Part shown: positions 25,168 to 36,300 of the stretch, piece after piece | Layout of the letters: the number at the start of each line of letters is the position of its first letter | How positions within the stretch are numbered: the stretch's first letter is position 1 | DNA from: a virus | Taxonomy: Duplodnaviria > Caudoviricetes | DNA: 53,085 bases | Reading direction: 5' to 3' (one strand) | IMG/VR virus record: IMGVR_UViG_3300021389_000031 | Span: 1-53,085 of that record | The notes under the pieces: generated by a model | The model's database searches: none | The model's input: only the letters and a program-made list of their open reading frames with translations | Told to the model about the DNA's origin: nothing | Translations under genes and position numbers: made by a program

Positions 25168-25488
25168 ATGAGTTTCAAATGGCCAAATAAAGGTAGTGAA
25201 GAGGTGCTGGACTACAGCTTGGACTGGTCCCGCTTCCTGCGTACCTCAGAGACCATCTCTTCCGTTGCTTGGTCAATCAACGACGAGGATGGGGTTAAAC
25301 AAAGCTTTACCACCCCTAACACTATCAATAACCTTACCCACGGAGGGGATACAAATAGTAACACCGTGGCTACTATCACACTCTCTGGTGGAACTAATAA
25401 CACTACCTACAAGCTCTACTGCGCTGTTACACTTAGTTCTGGGTATGTGGCTGAAAGAAGTGTAACCCTACGTATCAAGGAACGCTAA
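25168..25488 (+). CDS. Fibre-tail adaptor-like protein
   Basis: WPNK...EVLDYSLDWS...LSGGT...Y...C. Confidence 0.7.
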   Translation: MSFKWPNKGSEEVLDYSLDWSRFLRTSETISSVAWSINDEDGVKQSFTTPNTINNLTHGGDTNSNTVATITLSGGTNNTTYKLYCAVTLSSGYVAERSVTLRIKER

Positions 25489-25489
25489 G

Positions 25490-26182
25490 ATGGCTTATGA
25501 TTTTCTGGGTTTAACTAATGATGTTAATCGGCGTCTAAACGAAGTAGAACTTACCTCCATCACCTTTGCCAGTGCAGTAGGTTTCTACTCCTCCCTCAAA
25601 GAGGGGGTTAACTCTGCGTTGCGCACAATTAACCACCAAGAGTTTGAATGGCCCTTTAACCACATCCTAGCAGAGGAAGAACTCTCTGCTGGTGTAACTC
25701 GTTATGGATACCCTTCAGATGCAAAGAGTGTGGATATGGATAGCTTCCGTATCAAGCGTGACGCTACTCTTGGTAATGAAACTAAACGACTCCGTATACT
25801 CTCTTACGAGGACTACCTTGACAAACACGTAGATGATGAGTATAACACAGGGGATACGTCTATTCGTAGTATCCCTACACATGTATTCAGATCCCCCTCT
25901 CAAGAGTTTGGGGTCCATCCTGTCCCTGATAAGGATTACCCGCTAGTATACGAATACTACACCTTTCCCGCAGACCTGATTTTGCACTCAGATGTACCTA
26001 CAGTACCTGAGCAGTTTCGTTCTATCATTGTTGAAGGTGCCATGTATTACGCCTACATGTTCCGTGGGGACAATGAAAGTTCCCAACTCTCCCTGCAAAA
26101 ATTTAATCAGGGTATTAAAGATATGCGTGGTATCTATATCAACCGCTATGAATATCTTCGTGACACTCGGAAAGCCTTTTAA
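25490..26182 (+). CDS. Tail tubular protein A / adaptor
   Basis: FL.LTN.V..RLNEV, EWPF, P.PDK.Y; position. Confidence 0.75.
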   Translation: MAYDFLGLTNDVNRRLNEVELTSITFASAVGFYSSLKEGVNSALRTINHQEFEWPFNHILAEEELSAGVTRYGYPSDAKSVDMDSFRIKRDATLGNETKRLRILSYEDYLDKHVDDEYNTGDTSIRSIPTHVFRSPSQEFGVHPVPDKDYPLVYEYYTFPADLILHSDVPTVPEQFRSIIVEGAMYYAYMFRGDNESSQLSLQKFNQGIKDMRGIYINRYEYLRDTRKAF

Positions 26183-27723
26183 TGCCTAACCAATGGCAAA
26201 CATTCCCAGTAGAATTTAAGGGTGGTTTGATTTCAAACCTCAGTCCTCTGCAACAGGGGATAAACGCTGTTGGCTCCGCTACAATCCTACAGAACTTCGA
26301 ACCCTCTAAAGATGGTGGGTATAAAAAGGTTCTTGGTTACAGCAAATACCTAGACAACGAGATCACAGGCTCTGGGCCTATTCTTGGGGTCAAAGTTGCT
26401 AACCCTGAAAAAGTTATTGCAGTCCGTAAGAACGGGAGTAGCGTCTCCCAGTACTGGATCAATGTGGGGGTTGCGTGGTCTTCCTTGGCTTCTGCTGCAT
26501 CTCTCGGGGGCAAGGTAAGGGGCGTCAGCTTTAACTTCAATGGCACACACAAGATTCTCTTTGTCGATGGCCTAAACAAACTGGCCCTCTTTGAGGATAC
26601 TACAGACACACTTAGCTTCCTCACCACCCCCTCAGATGTGGAAGGTGGATCTCAAGTAGCAATTTACAAGAACCACGTCTTTGTTGCAAAAGATACAGTG
26701 TTGTCTTTCTCTGCACCTTATGATGAGAGTGACTGGACTGTAGCTAATGGTGCAGGTACAGTTAATATCGGTCATAGCATTACTGGGTTGATCGTCTTCC
26801 GGGACCAACTCATTATCTTCAGCCGTAACAAGATCCAGAGGCTTGTTGGTAGTTCTGTCTCCGACTTCCAACTTGTACCTATCGCAGAAGATATTGGCTG
26901 TCTCTACTCTGACACGATTCAAGAAGTTGGTGGCGATGTCCTATTCATGGCCGCTGATGGTCTTCGGTTGTTGGGGGCTACAGAACGCCTTGGGGATTTT
27001 GGCCTAGAGGTTGCTTCCGCACCTATCACCAAAGATGCTCAAACCTTCGTCAATAGCTCAGAGATTTTCTCTAGTATTGTACTCCGGGGGAAAGCTCAAT
27101 ACCGAGTTTTTAGTTACATTTCCTCGGTCAACACTGAAAATTCACAAGGTCTTCTAACAACAAAGTTCTCGGACCAAGGTGCCTCTCGTATGGAGTGGGC
27201 TACCCTCAAGGGGTTTAAGGCTTATTGTGCAGATGGCAGATCTGTCCCCGGACAAGAGATCACTATAATAGGGGGAGACGATGGTTATGTGTACGAGTTG
27301 GAGACTCAAAGTAGTCGAGATGGGGAAGTCATTGAAGCAATCTTTCAATCCCCCTTCATGCCTATCACGGACCCTCAAAAACGTAAGACGCTGTACAAGT
27401 TGGCTCTTTATACAGATACATCAGGTACTTTTGAGATTGATCTAAATCTGTACTTTGACATCTTCAAAAATACCAACTATAATAGTACGGTAAAACCTAA
27501 CACCATCACCCTTCAAAGTTCTAGTGCTGGGGTTTACTTCTATGGTAGCACTAGCGCAGTTTATGGTTCTGCTCTCTATGGGGCGGAACTTGATAAAGTT
27601 TATGATACACCTTTGATTGGTTCAGGTAAGACTTTCTCTTTCCGTATTGAGGATAGTAGTACTAACCCCTCATTCACACTTGATACAGCCGTCTTTGAAT
27701 ACAGAGAGCACGATAGACAATGA
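26182..27723 (+). CDS. Tail tubular protein B / nozzle
   Basis: Beta-propeller-like; FRDQLIIF, IGC....TIQEVGGD. Confidence 0.75.
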   Translation: MPNQWQTFPVEFKGGLISNLSPLQQGINAVGSATILQNFEPSKDGGYKKVLGYSKYLDNEITGSGPILGVKVANPEKVIAVRKNGSSVSQYWINVGVAWSSLASAASLGGKVRGVSFNFNGTHKILFVDGLNKLALFEDTTDTLSFLTTPSDVEGGSQVAIYKNHVFVAKDTVLSFSAPYDESDWTVANGAGTVNIGHSITGLIVFRDQLIIFSRNKIQRLVGSSVSDFQLVPIAEDIGCLYSDTIQEVGGDVLFMAADGLRLLGATERLGDFGLEVASAPITKDAQTFVNSSEIFSSIVLRGKAQYRVFSYISSVNTENSQGLLTTKFSDQGASRMEWATLKGFKAYCADGRSVPGQEITIIGGDDGYVYELETQSSRDGEVIEAIFQSPFMPITDPQKRKTLYKLALYTDTSGTFEIDLNLYFDIFKNTNYNSTVKPNTITLQSSSAGVYFYGSTSAVYGSALYGAELDKVYDTPLIGSGKTFSFRIEDSSTNPSFTLDTAVFEYREHDRQ

Positions 27724-28985
27724 CCACTGGATATACTCGTCAAGATACCTCTAACAACATCGCCAATGGTAATACCATTGATGCGGATGATCTCGATCTG
27801 GAGTTCGATGCTGTCGATGCTGCCTTTAACAGTAGCACTGGTCACAGCCATGATGGCACTGCTGCTAACGGCTCTCCTATCACTGTTGTAGGCCCTGCAC
27901 AGGATATTGTCACCACAACCTCCCAGATGGCTCCTAAGACTACTAACACCTATGACCTCGGTTCTGCCACTAATCAGTGGAAGGATTTGTACATTGATGG
28001 TGTTGCGTATGTCGATGCGATTGATCTTAACGGTACTGTTATCACGGCTACAGCAGCCGAACTTAACATCCTTGATGGGGTAACGTCCACAGCGGCGGAG
28101 TTGAATATCCTTGATGGTGTGACCTCTACTGCAGCAGAACTTAACATCCTTGATGGTGCCACTCTTACGGTTACTGAACTCAATTATGTTGATGGTGTAA
28201 CCTCAGCTATCCAAACCCAGCTAGATGCTAAACAGACTCTCGACACTGGATTGACATCTATTGCAGGTCTAACCACTGCTGCGGATAAGATGATCTACAC
28301 CACTGCTCTAGATGTGTATGCTGTAGCGGATCTTACTGCGGCTGGCCGTGCCCTCCTTGATGATGCTAGTGCAGCCGCTCAACTTGTTACTTTGGGTCTT
28401 ACAGCTACCGCTGCAGAGTTGAACACTCTAGACGGTATTACAGCAACTGTGGGTGAGTTGAATATTCTTGATGGGGTCACTGCAACCACTGCTGAGATCA
28501 ATATCCTTGATGGTGTGACCTCTACTGCAGCAGAGCTTAACATTCTTGATGGTGCCACTCTTACAGTTACGGAACTCAACTATGTAGATGGGGTTACTTC
28601 TGCAATTCAGACTCAGTTGGCTGGTAAAGAGCCCATAGATGCAGAGATACTCCGTGCAGATATAGACGATAACTTGACCGCAGGCTACACTTCTACTGCC
28701 GTTAATGACGGCACAAAATCTAGTGGCACTTATACACCCACCCCGACTGGGGGTAACCTGAAACGTGTGGTCAACGGGGGCGCATTTACTCTTGCTGCAC
28801 CTACTGCCGCAGGGGATTATACACTCATTATTCAGATAACAAATAATGTTTCTGCGGGCACTATTACCCTAAGTGGTTTTAATACTTCAAGTGGTGCATT
28901 CACCACAGTAGACGGAGATGATTTTTTTGCCTACGTCACAAAATTAAATGGTTTCACTTCTATAAATATTGAGGCTTTGCAGTGA
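27720..28985 (+). CDS. Tail fibre protein
   Basis: N-terminal GYTRQ anchor; TxTAAELNILDGV repeats. Confidence 0.8.
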   Translation: MTTGYTRQDTSNNIANGNTIDADDLDLEFDAVDAAFNSSTGHSHDGTAANGSPITVVGPAQDIVTTTSQMAPKTTNTYDLGSATNQWKDLYIDGVAYVDAIDLNGTVITATAAELNILDGVTSTAAELNILDGVTSTAAELNILDGATLTVTELNYVDGVTSAIQTQLDAKQTLDTGLTSIAGLTTAADKMIYTTALDVYAVADLTAAGRALLDDASAAAQLVTLGLTATAAELNTLDGITATVGELNILDGVTATTAEINILDGVTSTAAELNILDGATLTVTELNYVDGVTSAIQTQLAGKEPIDAEILRADIDDNLTAGYTSTAVNDGTKSSGTYTPTPTGGNLKRVVNGGAFTLAAPTAAGDYTLIIQITNNVSAGTITLSGFNTSSGAFTTVDGDDFFAYVTKLNGFTSINIEALQ

Positions 28986-29593
28986 CTTTCCCTTACCCGA
29001 CCTCCTTAATAACGTCCGCGACGACGGCGGAGTTGCTACTTTTCGCGGAGGACGCTGCGGTTGTAGCGGCGGCGGCAACAACACACCAACTCGGTACACC
29101 GGGGTGGAGGCGTTGGGTTGTGGTGGTGCAGACCAGCTTTGACAGCAACACAGCAAACCCCATACCAGACGTGCCGACGATAACAGGCGTCAGCCACACC
29201 TACACAGACGGCAACAGCTACTCCTTTTCCGACGACGGGGAGGACAGCCGCGTGACGCTTTTTCACATACCAAACGGCACGGAGTTCCAGTTCTCTTACC
29301 TTGACACAACGCAAGGGAACCGGGGCGGAAGCCTCTCAGTATTTGTGCTTCGCGGCCCAAACCCTGACACGTTGACTGTTACCGACGAAGGCAACAGTGA
29401 CCCGACCACGGTCACGTTCGTAAAGCATGCCGTAACCATTGCTGCGGCACTTAATAACGCCGCAGCAGGGCCGTTAGACGCAAAATTCGACGTCGGGTCG
29501 TTTGGCGGTGGGATAGATATCAACCCGACTTCGGGGGTGTCCTACAGTGTCGTTGCCTCTAGGTGCGACTTTTACTCCCTAAAGTGGTACTGA
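28982..29593 (+). CDS. Hypothetical fibre tip/receptor-binding protein
   Basis: Coupled to the fibre stop; GC-richer codon usage. Confidence 0.6.
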   Translation: MTFPYPTSLITSATTAELLLFAEDAAVVAAAATTHQLGTPGWRRWVVVVQTSFDSNTANPIPDVPTITGVSHTYTDGNSYSFSDDGEDSRVTLFHIPNGTEFQFSYLDTTQGNRGGSLSVFVLRGPNPDTLTVTDEGNSDPTTVTFVKHAVTIAAALNNAAAGPLDAKFDVGSFGGGIDINPTSGVSYSVVASRCDFYSLKWY

Positions 29594-29633
29594 GGCTAGT
29601 GTAGTGCTTGGGCAGAGAATTAAGGTAGAATAA

Positions 29634-31103
29634 ATGGCTAAGAAGTTTCTTGGGTTCACCCCAGATCAACAATTCACCCTCCTCTCTAAGATGGGGTACT
29701 CTGGGCCTAAAGATCCAAAGTCGATGGAGCAGTTTCTAGCTGCATCACCTAGTGCTGCCAGTAAGATGGGGGCTTATACAAACAAGGCTCAGGAGCTTCT
29801 ACAGAAGCCTCTACAGATGGCTGATGGTGGTGTTGTGGCTAGTGCCCAAACAGATCTGGATGCCGCCCAGCAAGCCTATGCAGACGCCCAGAAAGCTTTT
29901 GCAACTAGCCCTGAAGACCCCTCTAAGATATCCGATCTCAGTACTACTACGCAGAACCTAGGGACTCAGACAGAGGCTTTCAAGGCTACTGCTATCCCTA
30001 CAGGTGCTGAGGCTGTCTCTGCTGCTATCCAAACTCCAGAAAGTCTTATCAAACCTTTCGAGGTGGCTAAGGTAGAGGAGAAACCAGAGCAACTGATTGC
30101 AACGGGTACTGGTCAGGTTCAAGCACCCAGTGTAGTCACCCCCACTACTGTTGTTGAAACTGCTCAAGCTACTGCCCCAGAGAAAACTGAAGCTGCTACT
30201 GTAGATACCACTAAGGTGGCCCCTGCTGTAGAACAGACTTTGGCTGATGTAACTGCTGCCACAGGAGAGCCTACAAAGGCTGCTACAGTCCAAGGTCAAC
30301 TTGAAGGTCTGATGGCACAGTTCGAGGGTGGGGCAACCCCTCCTTGGGCTTCTGGGGCTATGCGGCAAGCTATGGGGATTATGCAGCAGCGTGGCCTTGG
30401 GGCCTCGTCTATTGCAGGTCAGGCAGTTGTTCAGGCTGCTATGGAGTCTGCTATCTCTATCGCCTCTCAGGATGCAGCTACCACTGCCCAGTTTGAGATG
30501 CAGAACCTCAACAACGAACAGCAGACACTAATCTTCAAAACTCAGCAGCGTATCGCAGGTCTTTTCACTGACCAAGCTGCAGAGAATGCCTCTAAACAGT
30601 TCAATGCTGCTAGCCAGAACCAAGTAGACCAGTTCTTTGCTGGTTTGCAAGAGTCCGTATCACGATTCAACGCAGACCAAGTTAATGCCACCATGCAGTT
30701 CAATGCTGGCCAGACCAATGCTATCGAGCAGTTCAACTCCCAGATGTCTGCTCAAAGGGACCAGTTCAACGCAACGAACTCCCTCGTAATCTCTCAGGCT
30801 AACGCTCAGTGGCGTCAGAACATTGCTACACTAGACACTACGACCCAGAATGAAGCTAACCTGACTCTGGCTAAAGGTGCTATTGGACTTACTACCGCAG
30901 GTCTGGAACAGCTATGGCAGAAAGAGAGAGACTTGATGGCATTTGCCTTCCAAGCTTCCGAGAATGCTGGAGATCGTAGCCTTAAAATCCTTCTGGCAGA
31001 TAAAGAGATCTCAGCACAGAATAAGGCTGCAGCACAAGAAGAGAAAACATATATGGCAGCTACTGCGGTAAAACTCCTCTTTGGTGATGGGGGGCTATTC
31101 TAA
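29634..31103 (+). CDS. Internal virion (ejection) protein
   Basis: Gln/Ala-rich, QFNA repeats. Confidence 0.7.
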   Translation: MAKKFLGFTPDQQFTLLSKMGYSGPKDPKSMEQFLAASPSAASKMGAYTNKAQELLQKPLQMADGGVVASAQTDLDAAQQAYADAQKAFATSPEDPSKISDLSTTTQNLGTQTEAFKATAIPTGAEAVSAAIQTPESLIKPFEVAKVEEKPEQLIATGTGQVQAPSVVTPTTVVETAQATAPEKTEAATVDTTKVAPAVEQTLADVTAATGEPTKAATVQGQLEGLMAQFEGGATPPWASGAMRQAMGIMQQRGLGASSIAGQAVVQAAMESAISIASQDAATTAQFEMQNLNNEQQTLIFKTQQRIAGLFTDQAAENASKQFNAASQNQVDQFFAGLQESVSRFNADQVNATMQFNAGQTNAIEQFNSQMSAQRDQFNATNSLVISQANAQWRQNIATLDTTTQNEANLTLAKGAIGLTTAGLEQLWQKERDLMAFAFQASENAGDRSLKILLADKEISAQNKAAAQEEKTYMAATAVKLLFGDGGLF

Positions 31104-31846
31104 TGGATTATCAATACTCCTACACAGAAATGGATGCCTTGCTTAAAGATATTCTTTCTGGTAAAGTTAAGCAAGATAAAGAGGTCAGTGCTGATAAACC
31201 CAGTGCCAGTCTCCTTAGTCGTGTTGAGAAATCTCCTAGACCCAAGGCTCGTCCTTCTGGTCTTAGTAGTCTCCTTGAGTACTCTTTGGGCTTCCGTGAA
31301 GATGCTGCTAAAGCCAAACAAGAATTGGGTGTTCTAGCACCTGAAACAAGCCCCCGACCTAAAGCTCTTTCTGAGGCTCTCCCTAAGTCTGATGTTGGGA
31401 AGAGGTTGATGGTAGATCTGCAAAAGGATTTTGGTCTGACCAGCGAGCAGGCAGCAGGTTTTGTAGGTAACCTCCACCACGAGTCGGGTGGTTTTACTCA
31501 GTTGCAAGAGTTGAACCCACTGGTTCCGGGTTCTCGTGGTGGTGGTGGTTACGCTCAATGGACAGGTCCTCGTAGGGAGGCTTTTGAAACATGGGCCACA
31601 GAGGCAGGTCTCCCTTTGGACAGCTATGAAGCAAACTACGGGTTCTTGAAGTATGAACTTGAGAACACCTCAGAGGGTAACTTCTTGGGGAGTCTTCGCA
31701 AAGCCCAAGACTATCAAACTGCCGCTAATCTAGTTTCTAACCTCTTCCTTCGACCTAAAAAAGAAACTGCGAACCTGACTCGTAGGGGTCTCCTAGCTAA
31801 ACAGTACGCTTCAGAAATACCCTTCATGGCTCGTAAAGGTAAATAA
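31103..31846 (+). CDS. Virion-associated lysozyme (phage tail lysozyme 2 type)
   Basis: AAGFVGNL.HESGG...G.GYAQWTGPRR. Confidence 0.8.
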   Translation: MDYQYSYTEMDALLKDILSGKVKQDKEVSADKPSASLLSRVEKSPRPKARPSGLSSLLEYSLGFREDAAKAKQELGVLAPETSPRPKALSEALPKSDVGKRLMVDLQKDFGLTSEQAAGFVGNLHHESGGFTQLQELNPLVPGSRGGGGYAQWTGPRREAFETWATEAGLPLDSYEANYGFLKYELENTSEGNFLGSLRKAQDYQTAANLVSNLFLRPKKETANLTRRGLLAKQYASEIPFMARKGK

Positions 31847-31848
31847 CA

Positions 31849-32358
31849 ATGTTTAACGCACCTATCCCCGGACAGTCTCTGACTTCTACCCCTAGGAATG
31901 CTCCTTGGGAACGCCCCCCTGAGGTTGTTGACCCAGAGGAAGCCCTCAATATCCATCTTGATCGTCTGAACCAACCTGACAAGCTTGAGGCTCTGTTGGA
32001 TGCTATTAATATGGGCATAGATGTGAAAACCCTAACATCAGGTATTCTTCGTAGTGCTGTGGCCACAGGTATTCATACAATTGATGTCGGTTTGATTATT
32101 GCCCCTATCATCCATGAGTTTATTCGCTCAACTGCAGAGATTGCTGGTGTAGAATATGACGAGGGCTTTGAAGATAAGAAGGCTAAAGAAAAATTTGAGT
32201 ATGCGCGTACGAAGAGTAAAGCTTTGAAGAAGCTCCGTGAGATGGGTGAGGAGCCTGTACTTGAAGCATCTCCTATTGAAGAAGAGATGGTACCTATGAT
32301 TGAAGAAACACCTGTGTCTGAAGCAAGTACTTCTGGCTTTATCCAGCGGAGGAAATAA
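31849..32358 (+). CDS. Conserved virion-cluster protein
   Basis: FNAPIPGQSLT..P.NAPWERPP. Confidence 0.75.
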   Translation: MFNAPIPGQSLTSTPRNAPWERPPEVVDPEEALNIHLDRLNQPDKLEALLDAINMGIDVKTLTSGILRSAVATGIHTIDVGLIIAPIIHEFIRSTAEIAGVEYDEGFEDKKAKEKFEYARTKSKALKKLREMGEEPVLEASPIEEEMVPMIEETPVSEASTSGFIQRRK

Positions 32359-32360
32359 GT

Positions 32361-33335
32361 ATGGGCATTTGGAAAGGTATCTATCTTGGCCTCCAAGATG
32401 TTGAAGAAAAGAAGCTCCAAAAAGATCAGCTTGAAGCTGCTCGTCAAGAGAAGCTTGCAGATCGTCTAGAGCAACGCCAGATGGCTTTGTTGCAGTTGGC
32501 CCCTAAGCGGGCTTCGAGCAATGCTCAAGCTTCCAAGTATGCAGCTAACTTGTCTTGGGTGAAAGGTCGAGTGGGGGGTGGGGAAGCCGCAGAGAAGTTT
32601 ATCAACCAACTTAACCTTGATCCCTCTGCTGCAGAAGAGGTACAAAAGCTTATCACGGCTGCAGAGGCCAAGACTGGTATTCGGTACTCTGGGGATGAGT
32701 TTATGAATGCCGTAACTATTCTGGGTGGTAATATTGACAACCCAGATGTGAAGGAGCGTTTTGCCACTACTGGAGACTATGTTCAAGCTGTTCTTGAATC
32801 AGACCTTTCTGACTTCAACAACTTTGCCGAACTCTACCAAGAAGGTGTTGCAGCCCCAACCACAAAACTTGCAGTGGATGTTAACCCAAATCTGTATGCG
32901 GCTACAGATACCACTCGTTTTGAAGCACAAAATAAGCTGTTTGACGACAACATCCTTAATACTGCTAAGTCTGAAGTGTCGCGGTTGGCGAAAGAAGATC
33001 CTGTAGCTGCGGGTGAGCTTCAAGCTAAGATAAAGCTCTATGGTAAGGATGGTGGTGCTGCAGAGACTGAAGACCTTCGTAAGGTGTTTGGCCCCCAAGT
33101 TTATCAAAACTTGTTGGCTTCTTCTTCAGAATACCCAATTCTGCAGAGTATGAAAGTTAACCCTTACTTTGCCCCCTATACACAAGTCCAACAACCTAGT
33201 GTTTCTCTATCCTCTGGTGTAGGAGTTTCTGGGGAGGATGCTAGTATCCTGAAGAGCAACCCTTCCGAGGAGAATAAACGCTATTTTGATAGCTTGTATG
33301 GGTTGGGTGCAGCAGATGAAGTCTTGGGGGTGTAA
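32361..33335 (+). CDS. Probable internal virion protein
   Basis: 324-aa helical ORF in the ejection-protein cluster. Confidence 0.65.
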   Translation: MGIWKGIYLGLQDVEEKKLQKDQLEAARQEKLADRLEQRQMALLQLAPKRASSNAQASKYAANLSWVKGRVGGGEAAEKFINQLNLDPSAAEEVQKLITAAEAKTGIRYSGDEFMNAVTILGGNIDNPDVKERFATTGDYVQAVLESDLSDFNNFAELYQEGVAAPTTKLAVDVNPNLYAATDTTRFEAQNKLFDDNILNTAKSEVSRLAKEDPVAAGELQAKIKLYGKDGGAAETEDLRKVFGPQVYQNLLASSSEYPILQSMKVNPYFAPYTQVQQPSVSLSSGVGVSGEDASILKSNPSEENKRYFDSLYGLGAADEVLGV

Positions 33336-33337
33336 TC

Positions 33338-36300
33338 TTGACAGAGACCCTAAACCCCTTTAAGGGGCCTATTAAAGGCGCTACAGTTGCACCTCCTCAG
33401 AACCCTTTTAAGGGTCCCGTTGTGCAACCTGAAAAGCCCGTTCAAAAGGGTTATACCGAGTCTGACCTTGTGCTTGATGACTACTACCCTGTGGTTGCAG
33501 ATTTCATGCGCGCTCGTCACAACTACTCTGAAGAAGAGTTGGCAGACCGTGAAAACACTGTAAAAACCTTTATCAACGAATCTCGTTTCTTTGCTGGAGG
33601 TAATGCCCCTCAGGCAGTGAGCGAGATTGCCTTTATTACAAAGCACAGTAAGGATAAAGACACCCTCGCCAAACTTGGTGCAGGGTATGACTTGTTTCAA
33701 AATATGAGCGGTCTGTTCTCTGAGGATACAACTTGGGGGGAAACCGCAGGTGGAACTTGGGACTACCTTAGGTCTGCTCTGGTAGACCCGGTTAACTATG
33801 CTTCACTGTTTACAGGTGGTCTAGCTAAAGCTGCTGTTACTGGTGGGTCTAAGGTTGGTACAAAAGTAGCACAGAAGCTTGCTATGGACGCCTATACCAC
33901 AACCCTTCGTGGGAAGATTGCTGGTGGGCTTACAGAAGTCGCGGCAAAGGAGTTGGCTACCAAAGCTGCGGAAAAGGTTTTTGGACAAAGTATGCTCTCT
34001 ATGGGTGTCCAAAAGTCTGCTCAAATGGGGGTGAACCGCGCTGCTCGTATGGCCACTACAAGTGCTTTTGGTAAACTGACTAACAAAGGGGCGCTTGCAG
34101 CTATCATTGCTTCTGGTAGTGTTGATACTCTCTCCGCTATTGGTACAGATGTAGCCTACCAAAAGAGCCTGATTAAGACTGGTGCACAGGAAGAGTACAA
34201 TCCCTATCAAACGGGTTTGGCTGCTCTTGCTGGTATTGCTATGTCTGGTGTACAGGCAGGCCTACAGCTTCGTAGTGGGGCTTCTAACCTCGCACTTCCC
34301 TCTGTAGACGTAGCTAAACCTGTATCGGGGGATGTCGTTAGGAACTTTCGTTCCAGTCTTCTGGAGGGTGATTGGAAGGCTAAGGTTGCTGCAGGTAAAG
34401 AGCTAAAGGATCAAGACACAGAGTTCTTCATCCGGTTTATTCTTGGGGATGACAGTCTAAAACTAAAAGGTCTTAGCCAGAGTCTCTACGAGGCTGGGTA
34501 TGTGTGGCAACGTCGTAGTGAAGACGACAGTATCTCAAACTTTGTGACAGATATCTTGAAAGATTTTGACCCTACGGAGGCACGAGGTTTTCTCCAAGAT
34601 TTTGAGAAAGCCACTGGGGTTAAGATGCCAGAAACGACAGATGCTCTTAAAGATATGGAGACATTCTCCAACATCTTTGCAAAGAAGGTGAGTGATGGGG
34701 GTAGGCTACATAATGCACTAAGCCAAATGGCCCGCAAACTTGGTAAAGATGTTGAAGATGTTACCTTTGAAGATATGGTTACTGATGCCTTGGGGCAAAC
34801 CACCTTTAAGGGTAAAACTGTGATTGAGAAAGCTATCTTTGATAAACTCCCCAAAAACATTGCGACCTTCCAGAACAATGTTATCCGTGGCATCGTTTCA
34901 AACCTTTCTACAACAGGTCTGAACTTCCGTGGTTGGCGCTTTAACACCTTGATGAACTCCATCACAGACCTCTCTCTGGCAGGTGTGCATGGTGGGGCAG
35001 GCTTCTGGTTTAAGTGGACTGGTAACGAAGTTCTTTCTAAAGAGCAACTCCGTATTGCTGGACAGCTTGTTGAGGCTAATATTCAAAAAGCTAAAAACCT
35101 GCTTGATCCGGACATGACCCTAGAGGCGTTTGAATCTCTCGCGTTGAAAAGCCCTAAAGACTTTCAAAGTCTGCTGCACACCTTTGCAGGTGGTGTAGAC
35201 AACTCAACGCAATTTACAGGTCGGTTGGGGTTTGATCCTGAAGAGACAGTCCTCTCTAAAAATGTTGAGCGGGGTATGGAAGTTTTGCAGAAGCTTGGGG
35301 CTGTAAGAGCAGTGGATATGCTCACAAAGTCTCAGGAGTATGTCTACCAACTCGATAAGGCTCTTCGTATCTCTTCTATCAATAAAGGTTGGTCAGAATT
35401 TTTTGACCACCCTAATGCTGCCAAGATGATGAACACAAAAGAGTTCATGGAAGCGTCTGCAAAAGCTCTGTATGAGACAGAGAGGGCACTCATGTCGCAC
35501 TCCTTCCGGGGTGCAGGGGGCTTTACTGGAGAGTTTGCAACACTGCTGGAAGACTTTAGAAAGCTTCCGGGATTGGGTTTGCTTGTGCCATTTGGGAGGT
35601 TTTTCAATAACACCATTGCCACCATGATGGATGGTGCTGGCCTCTCTCTGGTAGGGAAACTTATCGGTAAGCAAAAGATGCGCTCCACCCCAGAACTTGT
35701 TATTCGTGCCGCATCTGCTTGGGGGCTTATCTTCTCTATGGGAGATAGTGCTAAGTCTGCGATAGATCAGGGTCTTGGGTTGTTTGAAACACGTAGCCCT
35801 AGTACAGGAGACGTTAAAGACTGGAAGTATGAGTACCCAGCATCAGTTATGATCGGTACCGCCAAGGTTCTAGAATATCTCAATAGCGGTGATGGGTCTG
35901 TGCCAAAAGGTATTGCAAAAGAGTATCTTGAGGTTATCGGTGGGCAGCTTACAAGAGACCTCAGTGACACTGCTACAGGAATCTTCCGGGTGGTCGAGGA
36001 TGCTCTTACAGGAGACATTGAACCTCTGGTTGCTGCTGGTAGGTTGCTTGGGGGTATCCTAGAGAAACCTACTGCTGGTATTACCCGAGCCTTTGAACCT
36101 TACAACGACCTTGCTGGCTTGCTTCGGGGTAACGATTTTGTTTCCCCTGATAGACGTCAAGGGTCAAAGGTACTTAATAACTCTCTCCGTTATATAGACC
36201 AATTCACAGGGGCTATATTTGGGGATCTTGAGGAGCAGAAGTACAACCCTGTTTCAGGTGCAGCAGGCCTAAACCCCACAAAGTATATGACTGTACGTGA

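Noticed and set aside
27720-28985. Diversity-generating retroelement in the fibre repeats
   Set aside because: Repeats are in-frame with mostly synonymous differences, show no adenine-specific pattern, and no reverse transcriptase is present.
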